Source of the DNA: an uncultured Bacilli bacterium
GTDB taxonomy: Bacteria; Bacillota_I; Bacilli_A; RF39; UBA660
Length of the DNA: 59,323 nucleotides
Direction of reading: 5' to 3'
Assembly: GCA_949425575.1 (NCBI GenBank)
Contig: CASPVX010000003.1
Span: forward strand, 1-59,323
Position numbers and translations under genes: made by a program
The notes under the pieces: generated by a model
Databases searched by the model: none
Seen by the model: only the letters and a program-made list of their open reading frames with translations
Told to the model about the DNA's origin: nothing
Shown: in pieces, positions 26,124 to 34,154 of the stretch
Numbering within the stretch: position 1 is the first letter of the stretch
Layout: every line of letters begins with the position of its first letter

Positions 26124-27977
26124 ATGGCAATAACAAAAACGAATTTTATTAATTATTCTAGATGCCCAAGATATGTGGCATTAGATGATGTAAAAAAAGA
26201 AAAGCTGGATAGTTTAATTTCCTTTGAAGAATACAAAAAAGAAGAAGAGGAACAACAACTTAGAGAGTTGTTAGGATCAATGTTTGATGGCGATGGAAAT
26301 GATTTAATCGATACTAAAAATGAACATTTAGAAGTAATGCTTCCATACTATAATATGGTAGAAATTTTAGCGGGACATATAGCTCCTAAATTTTTTAAGG
26401 GTAAGTTTAAATTTTCTAAAACAACACAAAAACAAGAAAGCTTCGATTTTAAAATAAATGGTATCAGATATTTATGTTATGTAGATATTTATAATGAAAC
26501 TGAAGATGCTTTTAATATTATAGAAGTAAAAGCTACAACGACTAAAAAATATTTAGATATGGGGGTAAGTATTAAAGGCGAAAAAAAATCTATTTTCGAA
26601 AAAAATGATGATGGCATTTACTATTTACTTGAGGATTTAAATATTAACATAGAAGACCATATGCCTATAGACAAATATAATTTACAAAAAGAAAAATTAT
26701 ATAATAAATTAACAGGCCCAGGACATTATGTTTATGATTTAGCAGTACAAAGATATATTATTGAAAATGATTTAAAACAAAATAATGGTGAAGATAAAAT
26801 AGGTAAAATAAAATATTATTTAGCAGTTTTAAATAGTGAGTATGTTTTTGATGGGACTTACGATCGCGGGGAACCCGTTTATGATACTGATGAAAATGGC
26901 AATGAAATAGTAAGCTTTATAGATTTGACAAGTGTTACAGGCCAAATGCTTGATATGATAGAAATTGATAGAAAAAAAGTAGAGAGATATTTAAATGAAC
27001 TAAAAGGTGATAAAGTACCAATTGGTGAATATTGTGAAAATAAAAAAACAACAAAATGTAAATACTCTAAAATTTGTTGGAATTTTATTCCTTCAACTAA
27101 TTCAATATTAAATTATTTTGAAAGTCATTTAGGTTTTAAAGGTCAAGATGGAGTGAAAAGAGAAAGATATGATTTGATTAATGATGGTTATGTCGATATG
27201 TTAGATATTCCAGAGTCGTTTTTAACAAAGGAAAAACATTTGATTCAAAGAAGAGCCTATGATACAAAGGAACCATATTCTAATAACCAAAAGATAAAAG
27301 ATGGTATTAATGAAATAAAATATCCAATTTATCATTTGGATTTTGAAACATTTCCTTGTCCGCTTCCAAGATATAGAGGAGAAAAATGCTATACACAATC
27401 AGTATTCCAATTTTCATTGCACATTGAGAGAAAACAAGGAGAATGTGATAAGGAAAAAGATCACTATGAGTATTTAGCAATTGATCATGAAGATAGAAGA
27501 GAAGAGCTTATTAAAAAAATGTGTGATTCAATTGGTAATGAGGGAACTGTTTTAGTTTATAATGAGTCTTTTGAAAAAACTAGATTAAAAGAATTAGCAT
27601 ATATTTTTCCAGAATACAGTAAAAAATTATTAAAAATAAGAGATATGGTTTTTGATTTAATGAACGTAGTTAAAACAAAAAGTAGTTTATATGAAGAACT
27701 TGGATATTCAAAAGAGGAAGCTAAAATGTTTAATTACTACGATTATAAAATGACAGGTTCTTTTTCAATAAAAAAAGTTTTACCATTATTTTCTGATCTT
27801 ACTTATAATGGTATGGAAATAGGTAATGGAATAGAAGCGTTAGTCGCATATGCTAAATTTCCTAAGTTAAATCCAAAGGATTATGAACATAAATATAAAA
27901 AGTTAGTTGAATACTGCAAACAAGATACTTGGGCTATGTTTTGTGTTTTAGAGGGACTTCGAAAAAATGTTAAATAA
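26124..27977 (+). CDS. DUF2779-type protein: N-terminal Cas4/RecB-like PD-(D/E)xK nuclease with Cys cluster plus C-terminal RNase-H-like (DEDD-type) domain
   Basis: TKTNFINYSRCPRY start. YVDIY..(x)..IIEVKATT. CENKKTTKCKYSKIC. IYHLDFETFPCPLPRY...SVFQFSLH. Confidence 0.6.
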   Translation: MAITKTNFINYSRCPRYVALDDVKKEKLDSLISFEEYKKEEEEQQLRELLGSMFDGDGNDLIDTKNEHLEVMLPYYNMVEILAGHIAPKFFKGKFKFSKTTQKQESFDFKINGIRYLCYVDIYNETEDAFNIIEVKATTTKKYLDMGVSIKGEKKSIFEKNDDGIYYLLEDLNINIEDHMPIDKYNLQKEKLYNKLTGPGHYVYDLAVQRYIIENDLKQNNGEDKIGKIKYYLAVLNSEYVFDGTYDRGEPVYDTDENGNEIVSFIDLTSVTGQMLDMIEIDRKKVERYLNELKGDKVPIGEYCENKKTTKCKYSKICWNFIPSTNSILNYFESHLGFKGQDGVKRERYDLINDGYVDMLDIPESFLTKEKHLIQRRAYDTKEPYSNNQKIKDGINEIKYPIYHLDFETFPCPLPRYRGEKCYTQSVFQFSLHIERKQGECDKEKDHYEYLAIDHEDRREELIKKMCDSIGNEGTVLVYNESFEKTRLKELAYIFPEYSKKLLKIRDMVFDLMNVVKTKSSLYEELGYSKEEAKMFNYYDYKMTGSFSIKKVLPLFSDLTYNGMEIGNGIEALVAYAKFPKLNPKDYEHKYKKLVEYCKQDTWAMFCVLEGLRKNVK

Positions 27978-28049
27978 TGTAAAATTATGACGTTTCGGTT
28001 GCATATTATACTAAAGTTATTATATTATCAAAATAGGAGAGGTGATAAT

Positions 28050-28253
28050 ATGATATATCCTTCAATTGATAAATTACTAACTTTAGTAGGATCAAAATAT
28101 TTATTAGTAAATGTTGTAGCTAAAAGGGCTGACGAAATGAAAAACACTGGTCATTATCAAATGAAAGAAAACGAGTATAAATCTAGTAAAGATATTGGAA
28201 GAGCATTAGAAGAAATTGCTCAAGGTTTAATTCATATGAAAAAAGAGGACTAG
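28050..28253 (+). CDS. rpoZ: DNA-directed RNA polymerase omega subunit
   Basis: MIYPSIDKLLTLVGSKYLLVNVVAKRADEM... parallels B. subtilis RpoZ ([30 protein letters not shown]). GGAGAGG RBS before 28050. Confidence 0.8.
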   Translation: MIYPSIDKLLTLVGSKYLLVNVVAKRADEMKNTGHYQMKENEYKSSKDIGRALEEIAQGLIHMKKED

Positions 28254-28279
28254 TTTTTATAAGATAGTAGGTGAAAAAA

Positions 28280-29545
28280 GTGAATAGGATAAAAAGGAAA
28301 AGAACATTAATTGGGCTTTGCAGTTTTGCTATACTTTTGTTTTTGGTTATAGGGTATGCAGCATATACAGAGCAGCTTAAATTAAAGGCAAATTATAATA
28401 TTAATGAAAATTTTAGTGTAAAAATAACAAATATAGAATCAACAACTTTAGGTGGTCATGCAATTAATGCAGAAGCGCCAACTTATACAGATACAACAGC
28501 AACTTTTAATACAAAATTATATTTACCTGGAGATTATGCAGAATATATAGTTACTGTTGTTAATGATGGAAACATTGATGCCTATTTAAAATCAATTGAT
28601 CCAGATCCAGAAAACGCTGTTGAAAATGAATCAGCTATTAAGTTTTCTTTGTCTGGAATTAAAACAGGACAAAGTTTAAAATCTGAGTCAACAGTACAGT
28701 TTAAGGTTCGAATTGATTATGATATTAATGTTACTGAACAACCTACAGAATTAAATGCTTCATATGATTTAACTTTATTTTATGAACAAGGCGAAGGAAC
28801 TGTAGACCCTGGAGAAATAATTGTTCCACCAACAGAAAATAAAACAGCAGATATTTTAAGAGCGAAAGCTAATGGTGATGATGGTCTATATGAAGATTCT
28901 TATGAATCTGGTAGATATATATATAAAGGTTCTAATCCTAAAAATAATATTAAATTTAATAACGAAAATTGGAAAATAGTTTCAGTAGAAAAAAACGATA
29001 CAATAAAAATAATAAGATCTAGTAATGTAGGAAATAAGCCATGGAATGAATCTGGATCTAAGGTATGGAGTGCTCCAGCAAGTTTAAATACATATTTGAA
29101 CAATACTTACTATTCAAGTTTAAGCAATGAGGCGCAAAATCAAATTACAGCAGGTACTTTTAATATAGGTAGTGTTAATCCACAAAATGTAGTATTATCA
29201 GATGCTATTTCTAAGGAAAAACTTACAACATCAAATAATAAAATTGCTTTAGCTTCTATTAGTGAGTATATGAATGCAAGTTCAGCAGGTAATTGTGATG
29301 AACCAATTCTTACATGTAGTGCTTCTTTAGCAAGTCAAAACTGGATGGCTAATATTTTAGGCCAATGTTGGTTAATCAATCCGTTTGCTGCAACAAATGA
29401 AATAATAAACATTGTTGCACCTAATGGTAATGTATATTATATTAGTGCTAATATAGAACAAGGTGTTGTACCAGTATTATATCTTAATTCTAATATATCC
29501 ATTACAGGAACTGGATCAGCTACAGATCCATATATAATTGCATAA
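28280..29545 (+). CDS. Secreted/surface protein: TasA/camelysin-like N-domain plus DUF6273-like C-domain
   Basis: Basic N-terminus plus anchor ending GYAAYTEQLKL. LYLPGDYAEYIVTVVNDGNIDAYL. C-domain paralogous to 1..914. Start is GTG at 28280 (or 28271). Confidence 0.7.
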   Translation: MNRIKRKRTLIGLCSFAILLFLVIGYAAYTEQLKLKANYNINENFSVKITNIESTTLGGHAINAEAPTYTDTTATFNTKLYLPGDYAEYIVTVVNDGNIDAYLKSIDPDPENAVENESAIKFSLSGIKTGQSLKSESTVQFKVRIDYDINVTEQPTELNASYDLTLFYEQGEGTVDPGEIIVPPTENKTADILRAKANGDDGLYEDSYESGRYIYKGSNPKNNIKFNNENWKIVSVEKNDTIKIIRSSNVGNKPWNESGSKVWSAPASLNTYLNNTYYSSLSNEAQNQITAGTFNIGSVNPQNVVLSDAISKEKLTTSNNKIALASISEYMNASSAGNCDEPILTCSASLASQNWMANILGQCWLINPFAATNEIINIVAPNGNVYYISANIEQGVVPVLYLNSNISITGTGSATDPYIIA

Positions 29546-29552
29546 TTAGAAC

Positions 29553-29582
29553 TTGACACTACACTCTAATGTAGTATATAAT
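29553..29582 (+). promoter_or_regulatory. Sigma-A-type promoter (TTGACA-18-TATAAT)
   Basis: TTGACA at 29553..29558, TATAAT at 29577..29582. Confidence 0.6.
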
Positions 29583-29690
29583 TTATTTGAGTTAAGCAGA
29601 TAAATTTCTCATAAACATACAATTATTTTAATGTAATTTTTATATCTACTATTTACTTTATATACTTAACTAGTTGTCTGTATTAACTCT

Positions 29691-29716
29691 AGCCGAATTT
29701 TTTCGGCTTTTTTTAA
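29691..29716 (+). terminator. Intrinsic terminator inside the leader of the 29740 gene (candidate attenuator)
   Basis: Stem AGCCGAA/TTCGGCT, loop TTTT, T7. Only ~23 nt separate it from the ATG at 29740. Confidence 0.7.
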
Positions 29717-29739
29717 TATCATTTTATTAGGTGATATAT

Positions 29740-30468
29740 ATGCGTAAGCCTATTATAGGAATAGTCGCTCCAAGAATAGTTAATGATGATAGACCATATA
29801 TGACATATAGTAAAGTTGTAGATAATTATTCAAAAAGAGTTTTAGAAGCAGGTGGAATTCCAATCGGAATGTTTTTCCCAGAGGGAAAGTTTAATACTTT
29901 GTCATTACTTTTATGTGATGGGATTTTAATTACAGGTGGTCCACATGTATCTTCATACCATATAAATGTCATTAATTATGCTATTAAAAATAAAATTCCT
30001 GTTTTAGGAATTTGTTTAGGTATGCAAGTAATGGCTGGTTATGAGTGGATAATAAATAAAATAGATAATTTAAGTTATGATGAGATTGAGAAATTTTATA
30101 AGCCAGAATATGAAAGGGAATTTACCAAAAGAGTAAAAAACCATAATAATATTGATCCATTTTACTTTAGTTTAGTAAACAAATCTAAACATACTGTTTT
30201 ATTAGAAGATTCAAAATTAAAAAATATTTACAATAAAAACAAATTATATGTACCTTCAATCCATAATAATGCTGTATTAGATAATTTCAACAATTTTAAA
30301 ATAGTTGGTAAAGCTTATGATGGAACAATTGAAGCAATTGAATATAAAGGAAATATATGGATGATAGGGGTTCAATTCCATCCAGAACTGGAGGAGGAAA
30401 ATATAAGTTTATTTAAAGAATTTATAAATGAAGCAAGTAAACGGCTTTACAAAAACATCTGTTCGTAA
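29740..30468 (+). CDS. Class I glutamine amidotransferase / gamma-glutamyl hydrolase (peptidase C26, PuuD-like)
   Basis: GILITGG, nucleophile elbow GICLGMQ, GVQFHPE. AGGTGA RBS before the ATG at 29740. Confidence 0.8.
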   Translation: MRKPIIGIVAPRIVNDDRPYMTYSKVVDNYSKRVLEAGGIPIGMFFPEGKFNTLSLLLCDGILITGGPHVSSYHINVINYAIKNKIPVLGICLGMQVMAGYEWIINKIDNLSYDEIEKFYKPEYEREFTKRVKNHNNIDPFYFSLVNKSKHTVLLEDSKLKNIYNKNKLYVPSIHNNAVLDNFNNFKIVGKAYDGTIEAIEYKGNIWMIGVQFHPELEEENISLFKEFINEASKRLYKNICS

Positions 30469-30491
30469 TATAATGTTTATAGGGTGAACTT

Positions 30492-31259
30492 ATGAAAATA
30501 GATAAAATCAAAAAAAATGGTTCTAGATATAAACTTTATTTAGATGATGGAACTGTCATTAATACATTTGATGAAGTGATTATAAAATATAATCTTTTAT
30601 TTAATAAAGAATTAGATTTAAATATGATAAGTAAAATTCATTTAGATAATAGTTACTATGATGCATATAATAAAGTTTTAAAGTTAATTGATAGAAGGCT
30701 TAGGAGCTCATATGAAATAGAAAAGTATTTAAAGAAAAATAATGTTGAAAACTATCATACAATAATTGCTTCATTAAAAGAAAAAGGGTTTATTAATGAT
30801 GAAAGATTTACTAAAGCTTTTATTTCTGATAAGATTCATTTATCAAATGAAGGCAAGGGTAAGATAAAAAAAGAATTACTAAATCACAATATCGATGAAG
30901 AGATTATTAATAGGGAACTCGAACAAATAAAAGATGAAAATATGGAAGAAAAGGTTGATAAGATAATTGCGAAAAAAATAGCGGCTAATAGAAAAGATAG
31001 TTCTTTCATATTGAAACAAAAAATTTCTAATTATTTATTTAATCTAGGTTATGATAAATCATTTATTAATTCAAGAATGAATTATTTTGATTTCAATAAT
31101 TGTGACATAGAAAAAGAAATGGATAAAATTTATAATAAACTTTCTTCAAAGTATGAAGGTAATGAATTAATTAATAAACTTAAACAAAAATTATATAGTA
31201 GAGGATTTAAAACAGAAGAAATAAATAATTATATAAATAAAAAAAGTTCTATTTATTAG
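30492..31259 (+). CDS. recX: RecX-like regulatory protein
   Basis: Size and repeated three-helix pattern: YKLYLDDGT...RSSYEIEKYLKK...L.EKGFINDERF... Confidence 0.65.
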   Translation: MKIDKIKKNGSRYKLYLDDGTVINTFDEVIIKYNLLFNKELDLNMISKIHLDNSYYDAYNKVLKLIDRRLRSSYEIEKYLKKNNVENYHTIIASLKEKGFINDERFTKAFISDKIHLSNEGKGKIKKELLNHNIDEEIINRELEQIKDENMEEKVDKIIAKKIAANRKDSSFILKQKISNYLFNLGYDKSFINSRMNYFDFNNCDIEKEMDKIYNKLSSKYEGNELINKLKQKLYSRGFKTEEINNYINKKSSIY

Positions 31260-32229
31260 AACTTTTTTCTATATTTTCAACTGTTTTATTGTAAGATTTT
31301 TTCATATCTTTATCATTGATTTCTAATTTATATTCTTTACGTTTAGCAATCATAGCTTTATTTTGTAAACTAGTATCAGATTCGATTTTTTTATCAACTA
31401 TTTTTTCAATTACATCTTCTTTAACTTCAGAAAGTTTTGGTTTATCTTTTTGACTTTCACGGAAAATAATATGATATCCATATTCAGATTTTACTGGTTC
31501 TGTAGTATATTTACCGTCTTTTAACTTATAAGTGGCATCCCAGAATTCATCTACAACGTCACCATAAGTAACAGTTAATTTACCACCTTTAGAAGCAGTT
31601 CCTTTATCATCAGAATACTCTTTAGCTAATTTTTCAAAATCTTCACCATTTTTTATTTTTTTGATAAGATCTTCAGCTTCATCTTTTGCTTTAGCTTCAG
31701 CTTCTTTGATTTCATCATCAGTCATATTGTCATTATGTTCTGGAGTTATTAAAATGTGTTTTGCTTCAATATCACCATAAACATTATCGTTGTAATAACT
31801 TTCGATTTCATCATTAGTTATTTGATCTTTAACATAAGCTTCAGTAACTAATTTTTTCTTATATTCTAAGATTAAAGATTCTTTAAATTCATCTTCATTA
31901 GCATAACCAGCATCTTTTAAGGCTTGTTCAAAATCTTGTCCATAGCTTTCATATGATGATTTATATGATTCAATATTTGAGTCAGCATAAGTTTTTGCAT
32001 CATCATCAGTTTCATATTCTTTATTTAAGATATATTCATCGATCATATTTACTAAAGTGTTAGAACCATTTTGTGCGACCATTTTTTCATATAATTGTTC
32101 AGCAGTAAAATCTTTTCCATCTATAGACGCTACTACTTCCTCACCATTTTTTAAAGTTGTTTTTCCAGCACATCCTGTAAGTGCTAAAGAAACTACAACT
32201 GTACCTACAATTAACAATTTGTTTTTCAT
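31249..32229 (-). CDS. prsA: Foldase lipoprotein PrsA (parvulin-type PPIase)
   Basis: Lipobox LALTGC. EAKHILI...GYHII parvulin motifs. GGAAAGGAAG RBS supports the start at 32229 (ORF-track start 32277 is over-extended). Confidence 0.85.
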   Translation of the reverse strand: MKNKLLIVGTVVVSLALTGCAGKTTLKNGEEVVASIDGKDFTAEQLYEKMVAQNGSNTLVNMIDEYILNKEYETDDDAKTYADSNIESYKSSYESYGQDFEQALKDAGYANEDEFKESLILEYKKKLVTEAYVKDQITNDEIESYYNDNVYGDIEAKHILITPEHNDNMTDDEIKEAEAKAKDEAEDLIKKIKNGEDFEKLAKEYSDDKGTASKGGKLTVTYGDVVDEFWDATYKLKDGKYTTEPVKSEYGYHIIFRESQKDKPKLSEVKEDVIEKIVDKKIESDTSLQNKAMIAKRKEYKLEINDKDMKKSYNKTVENIEKSSNK

Positions 32230-32353
32230 GTTATTCTTCCTTTCCCATATCTTTATAAAAATATGCGGGTTTCGCATATTTCTTACATACTAATGATATC
32301 AAATTTAACTATAAAAAACAATATTTTTGAAATATTTTTAGGGTTAAGTATGC

Positions 32354-32380
32354 ACGCATTTTGGTTTTTGCCATAAAATA
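32354..32380 (+). promoter_or_regulatory. Sigma-K-like promoter (AC-N16-CATAAAATA)
   Basis: AC at 32354..32355 and CATAnnnTA at 32372..32380, ~30 nt upstream of the first YjcZ-like ORF. Confidence 0.4.
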
Positions 32381-32411
32381 ATGTGAAAAGACAAAAAGGA
32401 GGATGATTTTT

Positions 32412-32495
32412 ATGTGTAATACAGGAGTAAGCGCTGCTGCTATCGTTTTAGTATTATTTATTCTTTTAATAATCATACTTGGAGCTTATATTTAA
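32412..32495 (+). CDS. YjcZ-family tiny sporulation membrane peptide (27 aa). Not in the ORF track
   Basis: AAGGAGG RBS. MCNTGVSAAAIVLVLFILLIIILGAYI has the ..ALIVVLFILLIIVGA.. family core. Confidence 0.6.
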   Translation: MCNTGVSAAAIVLVLFILLIIILGAYI

Positions 32496-32512
32496 GCTAG
32501 AAGGAGGTATTT

Positions 32513-32644
32513 ATGGCTTGCAATAACCAATGTGGCCACACAAATAATGGCTGCGGAACCACATGTTCAAATGGTGGGCAATTAGTAATATTAGTACTTT
32601 ATATCTTGCTTGCTATTTTAATCGGTTCACATTTATATTATTAA
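32513..32644 (+). CDS. YjcZ-like tiny membrane peptide with Cys/Gly/Asn-rich N-terminus (43 aa). Not in the ORF track
   Basis: GAAGGAGG RBS. MACNNQCGHTNNGCGTTCSNGGQLVILVLYILLAILIGSHLYY. Confidence 0.55.
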   Translation: MACNNQCGHTNNGCGTTCSNGGQLVILVLYILLAILIGSHLYY

Positions 32645-32650
32645 AAAATG

Positions 32651-32674
32651 AGAGGTCAGTTTGACTTCTTTTTT
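32651..32674 (+). terminator. Intrinsic terminator after the peptide pair
   Basis: Stem AGAGGTCA/TGACTTCT (one G-U), 3-nt loop, T-run. Confidence 0.65.
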
Positions 32675-32715
32675 GTTATTGTTATAATATGAGTCGTTAT
32701 TTTGGGGTGATAATG

Positions 32716-33582
32716 ATGGAGAAAAAACTTTATATTGATAATCTTAATATATTTAATACATTAGAATGCAACTTTAGATGCAATCACTGTATGCTTGGAG
32801 AAACAACACACGAAAGAATTTCTACGGAAGTTTTAGAAAAACTATTTGAAAACATTTTAATGATAGGAGTATTAAGGTTTATTGGCGGCGAATCTTTAAT
32901 GAGTCTTGAAACAATGAGAGAAACACTAAGAATAATGAAAGAAAGACGTATAGTAGTATTTAAACTCAGAATAACCACTAATGGTAGTTTATATACAGAA
33001 GAAGCCGAAAAAGTTTTTGATGAATTTTCTGAATATATTGAATTATGCAGAAGTAAATATAAGGATTTTATGGATGACTTCGGAATTAGACCAACACAAA
33101 ATGTGGGACTTATTTGGTCGGTTGATGATTATCATCAGGAATATTTTTATGATGAAGTTTGTAAAGTCCCATCATTGGCTAGATTTTATACAGAAAATAT
33201 GCAAAGGTTAGAAAGTTCAAACCATTTTCTTGATGTTAGAGGTGGATCAGGACTATTTAAATCAGGAAAAGCAGAAAATCTTGAAGAGGCTTTAGATGAA
33301 GTTGATAACTATCATAGTTATTATTATGAAGATGATGACATGATGTTTGTAGCACCTTGTTTAAATGTTCTTACTGATGGAACAATAACAGAACATAATG
33401 GAAGTATAGATAATTTGAAAACAAGATTTAATTATGGAAATATTATGGAAGAAGATCTTAGAGAAATTATTAGAAGAAAGTTAGAGAAAACAAATTCCTT
33501 CAAAGAATTTAATGATAAACAATATGAAGAAGTAGGTAGATTTAATAGTTCTAATGGTTTTGACGATTCACTAACTAGATAA
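32716..33582 (+). CDS. Radical SAM domain protein (no SPASM-type C-terminal Cys cluster)
   Basis: CNFRCNHC (CxxxCxxC), IGGESL. TTGACT-16-TGtTATAAT promoter at 32661..32688 puts the ORF-track ATG at 32689 upstream of the transcript. GGGGTGA RBS before 32713/32716. Confidence 0.7.
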   Translation: MEKKLYIDNLNIFNTLECNFRCNHCMLGETTHERISTEVLEKLFENILMIGVLRFIGGESLMSLETMRETLRIMKERRIVVFKLRITTNGSLYTEEAEKVFDEFSEYIELCRSKYKDFMDDFGIRPTQNVGLIWSVDDYHQEYFYDEVCKVPSLARFYTENMQRLESSNHFLDVRGGSGLFKSGKAENLEEALDEVDNYHSYYYEDDDMMFVAPCLNVLTDGTITEHNGSIDNLKTRFNYGNIMEEDLREIIRRKLEKTNSFKEFNDKQYEEVGRFNSSNGFDDSLTR

Positions 33583-33606
33583 AATAGGGCAAGCCCTATT
33601 TTTTTG
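33583..33606 (+). terminator. Intrinsic terminator
   Basis: Stem AATAGGGC/GCCCTATT, T-run. Confidence 0.75.
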
Positions 33607-33678
33607 TGTAAAATTCTTTTAAAAATAAAAAAATATAATATAAATCTATTTACTTTTATATTGCCTTAGGGTAAAATA

Positions 33679-33713
33679 GTGGTGTCTAGTGTTTAATTGT
33701 GGTGAAAAGTGGG
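33679..33713 (+). promoter_or_regulatory. Four direct GTGKK pentamers at exact 10-bp spacing (candidate MraZ operator)
   Basis: GTGGT 33679, GTGTT 33689, GTGGT 33699, GTGGG 33709. They lie just downstream of TTTACT-17-TAAAAT (33649..33677). Confidence 0.55.
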
Positions 33714-33720
33714 TGATATT

Positions 33721-34146
33721 ATGTTCATGGGTGAATACCACCATTCGATTGATGAAAAGGGACGAATTATAATTCCATCAAAATTAAGATATGATCTTGG
33801 AGAATCATTTATCGTTACAAGAGGTCTAGATGGATGTTTGTTTATTTATCCTAAAAATGAATGGGAAAATATTGTAAACAAATATAAAGAATTACCCAAT
33901 GTAAAAGACGCCCGTAATTTTATGAGATTCTTTTTATCAGGAGCAGTTAATGCAGAATTTGATAAACAAGGAAGAATTAATATAAGCACGCCACTTGCAT
34001 CATATGCTGGGCTAAAAAAAGATTGTGTCATTATTGGAGTAAATGAACGATTAGAAATTTGGTCAAAAGAAAGATGGGAAGAATTCATGACTCAAAATGA
34101 AGAAAACTTTTCAGACATGGCCGATAATTTGTTTTCCAATTTTTAG
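33721..34146 (+). CDS. mraZ: Transcriptional regulator MraZ
   Basis: MFMGEYHHSIDEKGRIIIPSKLR...DKQGRINI, the duplicated SpoVT/AbrB-like motif. Confidence 0.92.
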   Translation: MFMGEYHHSIDEKGRIIIPSKLRYDLGESFIVTRGLDGCLFIYPKNEWENIVNKYKELPNVKDARNFMRFFLSGAVNAEFDKQGRINISTPLASYAGLKKDCVIIGVNERLEIWSKERWEEFMTQNEENFSDMADNLFSNF

Positions 34147-34154
34147 GGGGATTT

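Noticed and set aside
25061-27977. A prophage interpretation of the ssb / Cro-cI-like / nuclease block.
   Set aside because: No integrase, replication, packaging, structural or lysis genes are present, and no att-like repeats were seen. At most this is a relic, so it is reported as a regulated nuclease module instead.
29585-29690. An attempt to assign the amidotransferase leader to a known riboswitch class (preQ1, ykkC/guanidine, glutamine, T-box).
   Set aside because: None of the conserved cores I remember for these classes is present, and at ~100 nt the leader is too short for a T-box. It is left as an unassigned attenuator candidate.
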